Part shown: positions 1 through 8,441 of the stretch, in pieces | How the letters are laid out: each line of letters begins with the position of its first letter | Numbering within the stretch: the first letter of the stretch is position 1 | IMG/VR virus record: IMGVR_UViG_3300042294_004663 | Length of the DNA stretch: 20,000 bases | Source: an uncultured virus (IMG/VR IMGVR_UViG_3300042294_004663) | Taxonomy: Duplodnaviria; Heunggongvirae; Uroviricota; Caudoviricetes | Direction: 5' to 3' (one strand) | The notes under the pieces: model-generated | Seen by the model: the letters and a program-made list of their open reading frames with translations, nothing else | Databases searched by the model: none | Told to the model about the DNA's origin: nothing | Position numbers and translations under genes: made by a program

Positions 1-531
1 TAAACGAACACCTTTATCAGCTTGTTCAAATTCAACCATAGAATCAGTAATAACTCTATCTTCAGTAATTTTAGCAGCTGCTAAATGTTCTAAAATAGTA
101 ACTTTATTATTAATAGTTTGTTCAATATTAATATCTTCTTGAGAATTTGTAATTTCTAATAATGTATAGAAAGCAGCAAACACCTTATAATTTGGTAACT
201 TATGATTAAAAAATTCATTTAAATCATAATGTTTTTGAATTTCACTAATCAAATTATACTTTTGGCGTTTAATCGCTCCTCTATTTAATGTTTTAGAAGA
301 TTCAATTAATGTATTAACTACTACAGTTGCTTTTCCTTCAGTTAATGAAGTTCTTTTCAACAAAGTTTCGTATAACTTATACTCGCGACCCAATTCCGAT
401 TTAACGAAATATTTTTTCAGTATATCTTTTGCAGGGGAATCTTTACCATCTAGCGTGTCTGCCGTGATCTGTCGAACTAAAAGTTCAAAGAGGATACCCG
501 TGTTCTTATACTTTGAATGTTTGACTTGCAT
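1..531 (-). CDS. Hypothetical phage protein downstream of portal (3' end runs off the window)
   Basis: Not in the ORF track. ATG at 531 reads MQVKHSKYKNTGILFELLVRQITADTLDGKDSPAKDILKKYFVKSELGREYKLYE... and stays open to base 1. An ATATTTATA motif lies upstream at 551-559. Confidence 0.8.
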   Translation of the reverse strand, partial: MQVKHSKYKNTGILFELLVRQITADTLDGKDSPAKDILKKYFVKSELGREYKLYETLLKRTSLTEGKATVVVNTLIESSKTLNRGAIKRQKYNLISEIQKHYDLNEFFNHKLPNYKVFAAFYTLLEITNSQEDINIEQTINNKVTILEHLAAAKITEDRVITDSMVEFEQADKGVRL

Positions 532-546
532 TCTATAATATTTGTT

Positions 547-559
547 TATTTATAAATAT
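547..559 (-). promoter_or_regulatory. Putative late promoter motif (palindrome TATTTATAAATA; ATATTTATA on coding strand)
   Basis: Intergenic. The identical 12-bp palindrome recurs at 5852-5863 and contains the T4 late-promoter octamer TATAAATA on both strands. Confidence 0.5.
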
Positions 560-570
560 ATAAGATTTTT

Positions 571-2469
571 TTACTCTCGTATTTGAGATTCATCTAGCAA
601 TGAATTTCCCCTAATGTCTGATTCAAAAATCATTTGTTTGTGTTGATTTTTAATATCATTAAACATTTTTTTATTTGGATTTGGTCTTTTTTTAGTTTCA
701 AGAGCTAATGGACTGCCGCCTTTATATTGGGTTTTAATAGAATCTGATTCATCTCCATCTTTTTTAATACCATCTGTTCCAATTCTATCTTTTCCAAATG
801 CATTATCTTGGGTGTTTTTATCAGTTACTTTTTCTTCAGGACGACCTAAATCGGCATCTTCATCATAACCCACAGGTACATTAGTTGCTTCGTATCTTCC
901 ACGACCATATAAAGCTGCTAAATCATGAGGTGTACCATATGATGTTCCAGTTTCAAGTGGATCATTTCCTTCATTTTCAATTTGAGCAATGCGGAATTTA
1001 CGTTTAGCATCTTGGATAATTAAATCTCTATATTCATCATATTGATCCTCACTTAAATGGAATAGATTTTCATAAATCCAATCAGTAGGTAATATCTGAT
1101 TTTCCATCATTTGGGCAGCTAAGTCAACTTTTTCTTTTAGTAAAGCTATACGTTCTTGGTCATAAATGATAGATGGTGTGGTTAATGATAATTCAAAGTT
1201 TGTCATACTTTCGTCACGATAACCTTGAGAGTATAAGTGAACTAAAGCAATTTTAGTTAATTCAGATATTACAATACGTTGAATACGTTCAATTGTACGC
1301 GCAAAACGAATATCTTCAGCGGCTAACGTAGCTTTACCTGTTAAATCTTTTTCATAGCCCATAAACGCTTTAGGTACCTTAAGGGCCGCAAATAATTTAT
1401 CACGTAAGTAAGTAACGTCTTCAATACCTTGCCATTGTAAGCCTGCTAAATTATCAATTTTAGTTGCTTGATCATTTCCACGTACTGGGATGTAGAAGTC
1501 TTCAAGTAGATTTTGCATGTTGTACTTCAAGTTATAATCACCAGTTTGTTGATCAATGTATGGAGTACGTTTCATTTTAGAAATTGTCTTCTGCATAAAG
1601 TTTTCTACTTCAGCAGGTGCAATGTTTCCAACGTTAACATAAAAAATGCGTTTTTCAGGTGCGCGAACGATACGGTGAATTAACATCGCATCTTCCATCA
1701 TAATATATTGTTTAAACAATTTACGAGCAGGCTCTAAATATGATCTACCATAAGGTAAAAAGTTAGTATCCGTTAATAAACGGAAATGAGCCATTTCATA
1801 ATTGTCAAAATAAATTGAATTAGCTTGTCCACCAGCATTTGGTACATTATAATAACCATAATCTGAAGGGGAGGAAATTCCATCAGGGTCAAAACGGAAA
1901 CGTACTGAATTTGGGTGGTCTTTATCATAGCCATCTTGTCTTTCAATATGGAATGCGTTGTAAGGGATTACATTATATACACCGAATTTTTCAGCAATTT
2001 CTAACTTTAAAAAGAAATCACCATATTTCAACATATTACGAATCCAAGGCCATAAGTTAAATTCTACATTTAATACATCATAAAATAAATTATATAGAAT
2101 TTTTTGTACATCCTCATCCGAACTACGAATTTGTAATACTTCACCCATGTCATTACGTAAAGTACTCTCATCAGATAAGATATCTAAGGCAGAAGCAATA
2201 ATAGCATCTGTATCCATTGAATCATATTCGGAATAAAGTGTAGGGCGTAAAGTTTGATAATTAAAACTACTTTGATATCCGTAAATTGAAGTATGTGAAT
2301 TAGTGTAGATACGATTAAATCTATCTACTAATGCATTTGTTTCATATTCACCAGAAATTTGAATTTTATTAATATCAAATACCTTCAATTGGTTATCTCC
2401 TTCATTACGGATAATAACATCAGTTGAAAATAATCGTCTTAATCTACTAAATAATCCTGTATCTGCCAT
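571..2469 (-). CDS. Portal protein, T4 gp20-like
   Basis: 632 aa with gp20-family motifs YGRSYLEPARK, MEDAMLIHRIVRAPEKRIFYVNVGN, EDFYIPVRG, YLRDKLFAALKVP; adjacent to the terminase. Confidence 0.95.
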   Translation of the reverse strand: MADTGLFSRLRRLFSTDVIIRNEGDNQLKVFDINKIQISGEYETNALVDRFNRIYTNSHTSIYGYQSSFNYQTLRPTLYSEYDSMDTDAIIASALDILSDESTLRNDMGEVLQIRSSDEDVQKILYNLFYDVLNVEFNLWPWIRNMLKYGDFFLKLEIAEKFGVYNVIPYNAFHIERQDGYDKDHPNSVRFRFDPDGISSPSDYGYYNVPNAGGQANSIYFDNYEMAHFRLLTDTNFLPYGRSYLEPARKLFKQYIMMEDAMLIHRIVRAPEKRIFYVNVGNIAPAEVENFMQKTISKMKRTPYIDQQTGDYNLKYNMQNLLEDFYIPVRGNDQATKIDNLAGLQWQGIEDVTYLRDKLFAALKVPKAFMGYEKDLTGKATLAAEDIRFARTIERIQRIVISELTKIALVHLYSQGYRDESMTNFELSLTTPSIIYDQERIALLKEKVDLAAQMMENQILPTDWIYENLFHLSEDQYDEYRDLIIQDAKRKFRIAQIENEGNDPLETGTSYGTPHDLAALYGRGRYEATNVPVGYDEDADLGRPEEKVTDKNTQDNAFGKDRIGTDGIKKDGDESDSIKTQYKGGSPLALETKKRPNPNKKMFNDIKNQHKQMIFESDIRGNSLLDESQIRE

Positions 2470-2477
2470 AATTTATT

Positions 2478-4079
2478 TTATAAAAGCCAAGAAATATCTT
2501 CTTTGCCATTTGAGTAAGGGTTGTCAATTTGGTATGGGTTATTGTTATACTTATCAGCATAACTTGGACCATTGGAATAACCTCCAGCATATGTTGTACG
2601 AGAATTTCCTATCCCATTTAACATACTTTTAGTCATTTCCATATTACTTGTTCTTAATTTAAATGCGGTTTCACGTAAATAACACCCAATACAAAACGCC
2701 ATAATTAAATCATCATTGTATCCTGATTGGGCTTCTGCTCTTCCGTTTCTCCATATAAATACTTTCATTTCTTCTAATAAGCGAGCAGAATAAAAAACAA
2801 CTCCTTTATCCATAACAGCTTCTTGAAATTTACCAATTGATATTGGACGAGTTGTATTTGACATTGTAAAGCCCGGAGTCATTTTACTATGATCCATATA
2901 AGGATCAAAGAAAGAATCTACATTATTTGATCCACCTTTTGGTGAGTAATAGAAATTTTGATAACCTCTATCTAAAATGGTCTGTACAGTTGACCAGCCT
3001 ACACTTTGATTTTCGACAGCTAATAGTGCATTATTATATTCCGTTGCAATGCTAACTAATAGATGACCATAATCCTTAGTATTGATTTGTCCCTTATATT
3101 CACCTACCTGAGTGAATGATTCAACATCAAAGATGTGGAATCCCGAATAATCCTTGCCATCGCCACGTGCTACATCAGCTACGATCAGATAACTCCTTGA
3201 ATAATCCGCTGGTTCCCAAATCCATAGGTTTTGATCTACACCACGTTTTTCTAGAGGTTCTTTTACGTGAAATTGTTCGTAAAAGGTAATATCTTCTGGT
3301 AAAAATACTGTATCACCAGATGTTGTAAAGTCACAGTCACATTCTTGGGCTGCCATTCGAACACCCAAATCTTTATCTTGTTGATCTCTCCAAGATTGAT
3401 CTCGTTCAGGGTGTACTTCCCAAGGTAATCTAATAGGTAAGAAACTATTATCACCCATTTCAGCGGAAACCCATGTTTGATGAAACCAATTACCGGTACC
3501 ATAAGGTGTAGATAATGCAATACATCCACCACCAGTAGCTAAGGTTTGTTGAGCTGATGCCCATATCTCACCAATGTTATGAATGAATGCTGCCTCATCT
3601 ATAATTAACAATGAAACGGCTTCTGATCGACCTGCATCACTTGAAGCGCCTACTGCTTTAATTTGAGATCCATTTGGTAATCGGAGAGTTAATTTATTCG
3701 CCTCATCAGGTTTATTTGCAAATTTAAGCCAAGATGGTAAATTTTCATACATGAACTTTACCTTAGTAACCATGTTTTTAGCTGTTTCTTGCTTAGTTGC
3801 AATACAAAGAATGTTTTTGTCCTCATGAAATATCATCATCCATAATGAATAACCTGCGGCTAATGTTGATATACCTAACTGGCGAGATTTAAGTACTATT
3901 GAATATGGGTTCTCTTGGAATAGAGTAAGTACTTTTTCTTGGAATGGGTAAAGATTAAAAGGCATTCGTCCACGCTTTGGATGCTGGATCTGGCAGTATT
4001 TTTTCATAAAATATGCCGGTGATTGGGCACACTTTATATACTCCTCGCGGACAACTTGTTTTAAACTTTTTTCTTCCAT
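2478..4079 (-). CDS. terL: Terminase large subunit, T4 gp17-like
   Basis: LYPFQ adenine-binding motif, KSRQLGIST Walker A variant, LLIIDEAAF Walker B, STPYG coupling motif, RNase H-like nuclease motifs ADVARGDGKDYS and DDLIMA. Confidence 0.95.
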   Translation of the reverse strand: MEEKSLKQVVREEYIKCAQSPAYFMKKYCQIQHPKRGRMPFNLYPFQEKVLTLFQENPYSIVLKSRQLGISTLAAGYSLWMMIFHEDKNILCIATKQETAKNMVTKVKFMYENLPSWLKFANKPDEANKLTLRLPNGSQIKAVGASSDAGRSEAVSLLIIDEAAFIHNIGEIWASAQQTLATGGGCIALSTPYGTGNWFHQTWVSAEMGDNSFLPIRLPWEVHPERDQSWRDQQDKDLGVRMAAQECDCDFTTSGDTVFLPEDITFYEQFHVKEPLEKRGVDQNLWIWEPADYSRSYLIVADVARGDGKDYSGFHIFDVESFTQVGEYKGQINTKDYGHLLVSIATEYNNALLAVENQSVGWSTVQTILDRGYQNFYYSPKGGSNNVDSFFDPYMDHSKMTPGFTMSNTTRPISIGKFQEAVMDKGVVFYSARLLEEMKVFIWRNGRAEAQSGYNDDLIMAFCIGCYLRETAFKLRTSNMEMTKSMLNGIGNSRTTYAGGYSNGPSYADKYNNNPYQIDNPYSNGKEDISWLL

Positions 4080-4507
4080 TACTTAATTACCGTCAATGTA
4101 AGAATAACAAGTACGGAAGCCACGAACCCTCCACCTAACCATTTAATTCCTCGTTTTAAATTATTATTTTTACGAGTAAGGTCAGTTACGTCTTTTTCAA
4201 GTCCTTTAATTACTTCATCTTGTACAGCCATAACTTTTTCATATGTGGCTGTTTGTTCAATGTAATTTTTTTCTTTGGAAATATAAATATTGATTATGCT
4301 ATCTTTGACGTCAATTTTTTCATTTAATTGCCATACCATTTTATTAATCACTTTTAACTCAGCAATAGCAGAATCACCTCGAGTAAGGTCGATTGCAATT
4401 GAGCGTGCTTTATCGTGTGAAAAACAAATTTTATCGGTAACGGTCTGAGAAAAACTGCTCGAGCTCAGTATTAGAAGCACTAGTAAGATCTTTAATTTTG
4501 TTGCCAT
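4079..4507 (-). CDS. Secreted coiled-coil protein with C-terminal membrane anchor; putative spanin component
   Basis: Signal peptide MATKLKILLVLLILSSSSFS/Q, heptad-like central region, hydrophobic C-terminus WLGGGFVASVLVILTLTVIK; overlaps the upstream gene by 77 bp. Confidence 0.5.
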   Translation of the reverse strand: MATKLKILLVLLILSSSSFSQTVTDKICFSHDKARSIAIDLTRGDSAIAELKVINKMVWQLNEKIDVKDSIINIYISKEKNYIEQTATYEKVMAVQDEVIKGLEKDVTDLTRKNNNLKRGIKWLGGGFVASVLVILTLTVIK

Positions 4508-4790
4508 AATAGGTGCGTGTTGTTTGTAGCTCTTTTTCTGTATGTTTAATTTCTATATTTAACGAATCAACAATATGTTCTTGTTGGTGGAGATTATTAG
4601 TTAAAATTTTTTGACCTTCTTTTAATAAAAATATATTGTTTTTTAATCGTTCAATTTCTTGTTTTTGTTTATCATATTTATTTGTTTGTGTAGGTGTTGG
4701 TTTACACTTAACTAAAAATATAAGTAACAACAAAATTATCCCACCTACAATAAGATGGGATAATTTCAATTTAAATGTTCTATTTTTCAT
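4431..4790 (-). CDS. N-terminally anchored coiled-coil protein; putative spanin component (Rz-like or lipoprotein)
   Basis: Basic N-terminus, hydrophobic LIVGGIILLLLIFLV, Cys29, then coiled-coil-like QKQEIERLKNNI...VDSLNIEIK. Confidence 0.5.
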   Translation of the reverse strand: MKNRTFKLKLSHLIVGGIILLLLIFLVKCKPTPTQTNKYDKQKQEIERLKNNIFLLKEGQKILTNNLHQQEHIVDSLNIEIKHTEKELQTTRTYYGNKIKDLTSASNTELEQFFSDRYR

Positions 4791-4791
4791 A

Positions 4792-5841
4792 TTAGAACAA
4801 TTTATCTATTTCTTTTTCAATGTTTAATTTATCAACATTAACTTGTTTAAGATCTTTCATTAAAGATGCTCGTTTATCTCCTTCAGCAGTTCTAATAAGT
4901 TGTGCTAATTCTCTCATTCTATCTTCAGCTGTTTTTTTATCTTTAAGAAGTTGATCTTTTTTATCAGCTTTTTTATCTAAACCTTTATTAGCTTGTGCTG
5001 ATCTAGCTGCTTTTTCTTCTGGTTTTTCTTTTTCAGGTTTAGCAGGGGCTGTTTTAGGTTCAGCTTTAGGAGCTTCAGGGGCTTTTTCTGCAGCTTTAGG
5101 TTCAGCTTTAGGAGCTTCAGGGGCTTTTTCTGCAGCTTTAGGTTCAGCTTTAGGTTTTTCTACAGTTGCAGGTTCTACATCTGTTGATCCTTCACCTGAA
5201 AGTAATTTTTCAACTGCGTTGAGGGTTTGAGGGCCTCCTAATTTTTCAACATATCGTTTTACATTACCTTTATCATCAGGTTCAATGTATGAATTAATAC
5301 GCTTAATTTCTTCAGCAGAATTTCCAATTTCTTTTTTATTAAGGAGATCTTTAAGTAATTTTTCATCTTCAAAAGTATCTAATTGTGCTTGAATAGCATC
5401 GTCTACTTTTAATAAAGCTGTTTTAACAGCATCTGGAGTTTTTTCAGATGTTCTAGCTTTTTTACCCGTAATGATTTGGGTAGCTGATTCTGGGTTGATG
5501 TTAGGGAATGATTTTTCAATAGCTTTGGTAGCATCAGCAACTGCTTTTCCTAGAATTCCTTTTTCTACTTTACCATCAATATAAGCAAAATCTAATGGAC
5601 CCTCAATAAATGGACCTTCCATAAGAAGATCTTCATTTAATTGATCTTCAGCAACATTTACTGGTTTTCCAGATTTTTTAGCTTGAGCTATAGCATCTTT
5701 TACAGTGTTTATGTCTGTATTTTCTGATTTAGCAATTTCTGGGGCTTCAGTTGGGAGGGTTTTTTTATCAACTACTGTTAGTTCTTTTAAAATTGCTGCG
5801 ATTTCTTCACGTATAATTTCGAGTAAATAGGATTTTTTCAT
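4792..5841 (-). CDS. Hypothetical protein with (I/L)xE leader and PKAE-rich repeat linker; candidate internal head protein
   Basis: 349 aa ORF; leader MKKSYLLEIIREE; tandem PKAEPKAAEKAPEA repeats; C-terminal coiled coil. Confidence 0.75.
   Translation of the reverse strand: MKKSYLLEIIREEIAAILKELTVVDKKTLPTEAPEIAKSENTDINTVKDAIAQAKKSGKPVNVAEDQLNEDLLMEGPFIEGPLDFAYIDGKVEKGILGKAVADATKAIEKSFPNINPESATQIITGKKARTSEKTPDAVKTALLKVDDAIQAQLDTFEDEKLLKDLLNKKEIGNSAEEIKRINSYIEPDDKGNVKRYVEKLGGPQTLNAVEKLLSGEGSTDVEPATVEKPKAEPKAAEKAPEAPKAEPKAAEKAPEAPKAEPKTAPAKPEKEKPEEKAARSAQANKGLDKKADKKDQLLKDKKTAEDRMRELAQLIRTAEGDKRASLMKDLKQVNVDKLNIEKEIDKLF
5053..5154. repeat. Perfect 42-bp coding tandem repeat, about 2.4 copies
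   Basis: Unit tttaggttcagctttaggagcttcaggggctttttctgcagc at 5053-5094 and 5095-5136, plus an 18-bp partial copy at 5137-5154. Confidence 0.95.
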
Positions 5842-5851
5842 TATTTGATTT

Positions 5852-5864
5852 TATTTATAAATAT
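5852..5864 (-). promoter_or_regulatory. Putative late promoter motif (TATTTATAAATA palindrome / ATATTTATA)
   Basis: Intergenic, upstream of the ATG at 5841; identical to 547-558. Confidence 0.5.
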
Positions 5865-6394
5865 TAGAATCCTATTACTTGTTTAATTTTTTCAATTCTT
5901 TCCTCGGTAGTACCCGATAATATTGTATAGTTACGAAATTTAGGTTTATGTCTTAAAATTAAACTTTGAATCTCTTTATCAATTTCATTTCTATATTTTA
6001 TATCAATAGTGCGAACACCATTGTCTTCTAATTCTACACCCTTAGGTGAAACATAGAAAATATAATCGTATTCACGTATTAAATGCGATACCGCATCATT
6101 TAGTGCATCGGCCATGAAGTATGGAATTGATTTAGCTAAGCGCGTAAATGCCATTACATCAATTATAGTACGATCTGTGATTATATCATCAATAAATAAT
6201 TCACTTGAACGCTCAGCAAAGAAAATAATTTGACCTTTCAATGTTGAATCGGTATTCAATGGAATACCCATGTCTCGTAAATATTTTGAACGCTCAGTTC
6301 TGAATTCATATCCTGCAAATTCAGGTAATTCTTTTAAAGCATTAACTAATGTTGTTTTACCAACTGACATTGTTCCACAAAACCCTATTTTCAT
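5864..6394 (-). CDS. P-loop nucleotide kinase, NadR/AAA_28-like
   Basis: N-terminal Walker A GTMSVGKTT, DRTIID motif, YDYIFY strand, EDNGVR lid and a C-terminal GTTEER motif typical of NadR-type kinases. Confidence 0.8.
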   Translation of the reverse strand: MKIGFCGTMSVGKTTLVNALKELPEFAGYEFRTERSKYLRDMGIPLNTDSTLKGQIIFFAERSSELFIDDIITDRTIIDVMAFTRLAKSIPYFMADALNDAVSHLIREYDYIFYVSPKGVELEDNGVRTIDIKYRNEIDKEIQSLILRHKPKFRNYTILSGTTEERIEKIKQVIGF

Positions 6395-6399
6395 AAATA

Positions 6400-6624
6400 T
6401 TATTTTTTACCCCAGTTAAAATCTCCAGTCTTAATACGCTGTAATATATCAAGTTGCTTTTCAGTAGCCAAATTATTTTGTCTTTTAACAGAATCTATTA
6501 CTCCTTGAAGAAATTTTCTTTGAGAAGGAGAATAACGATTCATATCTAATAATTGTTGAAAATAATTAGGATTTTTTACTTCGTAAGAAGGTGTTTCTTT
6601 TAATAGATCTACTAATTTAATCAT
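6400..6624 (-). CDS. Small hypothetical protein with MIKLVDLLKE leader
   Basis: 74 aa, tightly packed between its neighbours; ATATTTATT motif upstream at 6631-6639. Confidence 0.7.
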   Translation of the reverse strand: MIKLVDLLKETPSYEVKNPNYFQQLLDMNRYSPSQRKFLQGVIDSVKRQNNLATEKQLDILQRIKTGDFNWGKK

Positions 6625-6626
6625 TT

Positions 6627-7925
6627 TTATAATAAATATTCAGCAACATAAATTGCTTGTGCTCCTGATACTGTAATACCACGTGCTGATAAAGCATCAC
6701 CTACAAAGTGTACATTTGGATAATCTACTAATGCTAAATTTTTATAGTCTACTTTTACCTCAGGTGACAAATATTTTACTTCAGGAATGTACATTCCCCA
6801 ATCGTCTCCAAGTGTAGGGAATACTTTTTTCATATCCATAATAAAATCCATAACATATTTGAAATAACCACCCATTGCAGGTTCTACAACATGAGTAAGT
6901 GTATCTAAACTAATTTGAGTTGAGGTTACATTATTACCTTCAGATGTAGTTGATGGAGTACGAGATGGGCTATAATATAAACCAGTTTCGTTTGATTGTA
7001 ATTTATTTACTACTTCACGTGACCAAGTAAATGGATCTTCAATACCATTGATTTCCATCAAGATACCAAAGTTAGTCATATTGTTTCTATACGCTTCATC
7101 TTTCTTAGCGTGACCATTGTAACTATGGTCGCCATATGTTTCTTCCACAGCAACATAAGCAGCGTTATTATTTGTACAGAATGAACGTAATGAAACTCCT
7201 TCATCATCAAATTTTCTATATAATTTAAAGTCATATGAAATATCGATTAGTTTTTGGAAGTGTTCTTGTGGTGCTTCAAATCGAACACCAATTTGTACTG
7301 ATTTAGGTTCGTCTGGGAGTTTATATTCGTTTGCTAATTTTTGTGCAAAGTCAATACCTGATTTACCTACAGCAAAAATAAGTTCATCATAATCAAATGT
7401 TGGAATTGTTTGATGAGTAAAAATACATTGAAATTCAAAATCAATACTTGTAACTTTAGTTTCCCATTCAAAATTTACACCCTTCTCTACTAAATAATCG
7501 TACCAATTTTTAGCAATTTCAGATAAATAATCTGTTCCAACGTGCCATACTGGGAATAATCGTAAGCCGAAATATGGTTTAATAAATTCAGGTTCTTCAA
7601 CAGGATTTGAACATTGCACTTCTTCAGGTTTAGGGTGAAAACGTTTGAAATTGGTAATCACTTGATCCATCAATTCCATTGCTTTATCCTCACCTGTATA
7701 TTTTGATAATTGACCCCCAATTGCTGTATGATAAGTTAATTTACCATCAGACCAACCTCCAGCACCAAGAAAACCTGTCATTACTTCCTCAGGTAAACGT
7801 TTGTATGGATCTTTACCCATATCAATAATTGTGATTAATTCTCCAGGATATCCATTATCAACAAGCTTTGTTGCTGCGTTTACACCTGCTACTCCTGCTC
7901 CTACTATTACAATTCTTTTATCCAT
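6627..7925 (-). CDS. FAD-dependent oxidoreductase (COG2509-like uncharacterised dehydrogenase)
   Basis: Rossmann IVIVGAGVAG, GFLGAGGWSDGKL, GVRFE, RSFCTN and C-terminal HFVGD...RGI FAD-binding motifs. Confidence 0.85.
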   Translation of the reverse strand: MDKRIVIVGAGVAGVNAATKLVDNGYPGELITIIDMGKDPYKRLPEEVMTGFLGAGGWSDGKLTYHTAIGGQLSKYTGEDKAMELMDQVITNFKRFHPKPEEVQCSNPVEEPEFIKPYFGLRLFPVWHVGTDYLSEIAKNWYDYLVEKGVNFEWETKVTSIDFEFQCIFTHQTIPTFDYDELIFAVGKSGIDFAQKLANEYKLPDEPKSVQIGVRFEAPQEHFQKLIDISYDFKLYRKFDDEGVSLRSFCTNNNAAYVAVEETYGDHSYNGHAKKDEAYRNNMTNFGILMEINGIEDPFTWSREVVNKLQSNETGLYYSPSRTPSTTSEGNNVTSTQISLDTLTHVVEPAMGGYFKYVMDFIMDMKKVFPTLGDDWGMYIPEVKYLSPEVKVDYKNLALVDYPNVHFVGDALSARGITVSGAQAIYVAEYLL

Positions 7926-8383
7926 TCTGGTTTATTATTTAATTTTTTCCAATCTAATTTTTTTATTTTAACTTTATCATTAATATAAAAATTCTTATAA
8001 GCATCTATAGTATCTTCTAATTTGAATTCGTCTGGCATACACTGAGGAGGGTTAACAAATCCGGTATCAGGGATATTAGGCTCGTTATATTGTAACCATT
8101 CAAGTACATCTTTTGTTTTATGTTTTTTACCATATCGTTTTTCAAATTCATCACATATCTCTAAACCATGTTGAATTAACCATCTATAATGTTGTATAGA
8201 TTCTCTTACCCATTTAGATGAAGGATGGTTAGTATGAGATTGTTTGTACGGTGCCGTTGAACCATTCACCCAATGAGCCGTACTACACATTTGTGCACTT
8301 TCGATTTGCATTTTTCTAATATGATCATCTGCTAATTCACGTGCAGCAATGATCGGATTTTCATTAATGTAAAATATATTCAT
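7907..8383 (-). CDS. Pyrimidine dimer DNA glycosylase / endonuclease V-like protein
   Basis: MNIFY...DDHIRKMQIESAQM, HTNHPSSKWVRES..HYRWL, PPQCMPD, AYKNFY match the phage/bacterial DenV-like family. Confidence 0.8.
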   Translation of the reverse strand: MNIFYINENPIIAARELADDHIRKMQIESAQMCSTAHWVNGSTAPYKQSHTNHPSSKWVRESIQHYRWLIQHGLEICDEFEKRYGKKHKTKDVLEWLQYNEPNIPDTGFVNPPQCMPDEFKLEDTIDAYKNFYINDKVKIKKLDWKKLNNKPEWIKEL

Positions 8384-8398
8384 AACTCTTATTTTACT

Positions 8399-8430
8399 TA
8401 AATATACAAAAAAAGGTGACCCAATCCAAA
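8399..8430 (-). promoter_or_regulatory. Bacteroidota-type sigmaA-like promoter (TTTG-N20-TATATTTA)
   Basis: TTTG at 8430-8427 and TATATTTA at 8406-8399 with a 20-nt spacer; matches the TTTG-N19-21-TAnnTTTG consensus except the last base. Confidence 0.6.
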
Positions 8431-8441
8431 GATTGGGCCAC
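8408..8441 (-). terminator. Intrinsic (Rho-independent) terminator
   Basis: Minus strand GTGGCCCAATC-TTTG-GATTGGGTCAC (11-bp stem, one G-U pair) followed by C and T7. Confidence 0.8.

Noticed and set aside
4040..4079. Terminase N-terminus MEEKSLKQVVREE resembles the shared leader
   Set aside because: It leads into the EYIKCA helix typical of T4-like terminase N-termini, and terminase is not an internal head protein, so it was not counted.
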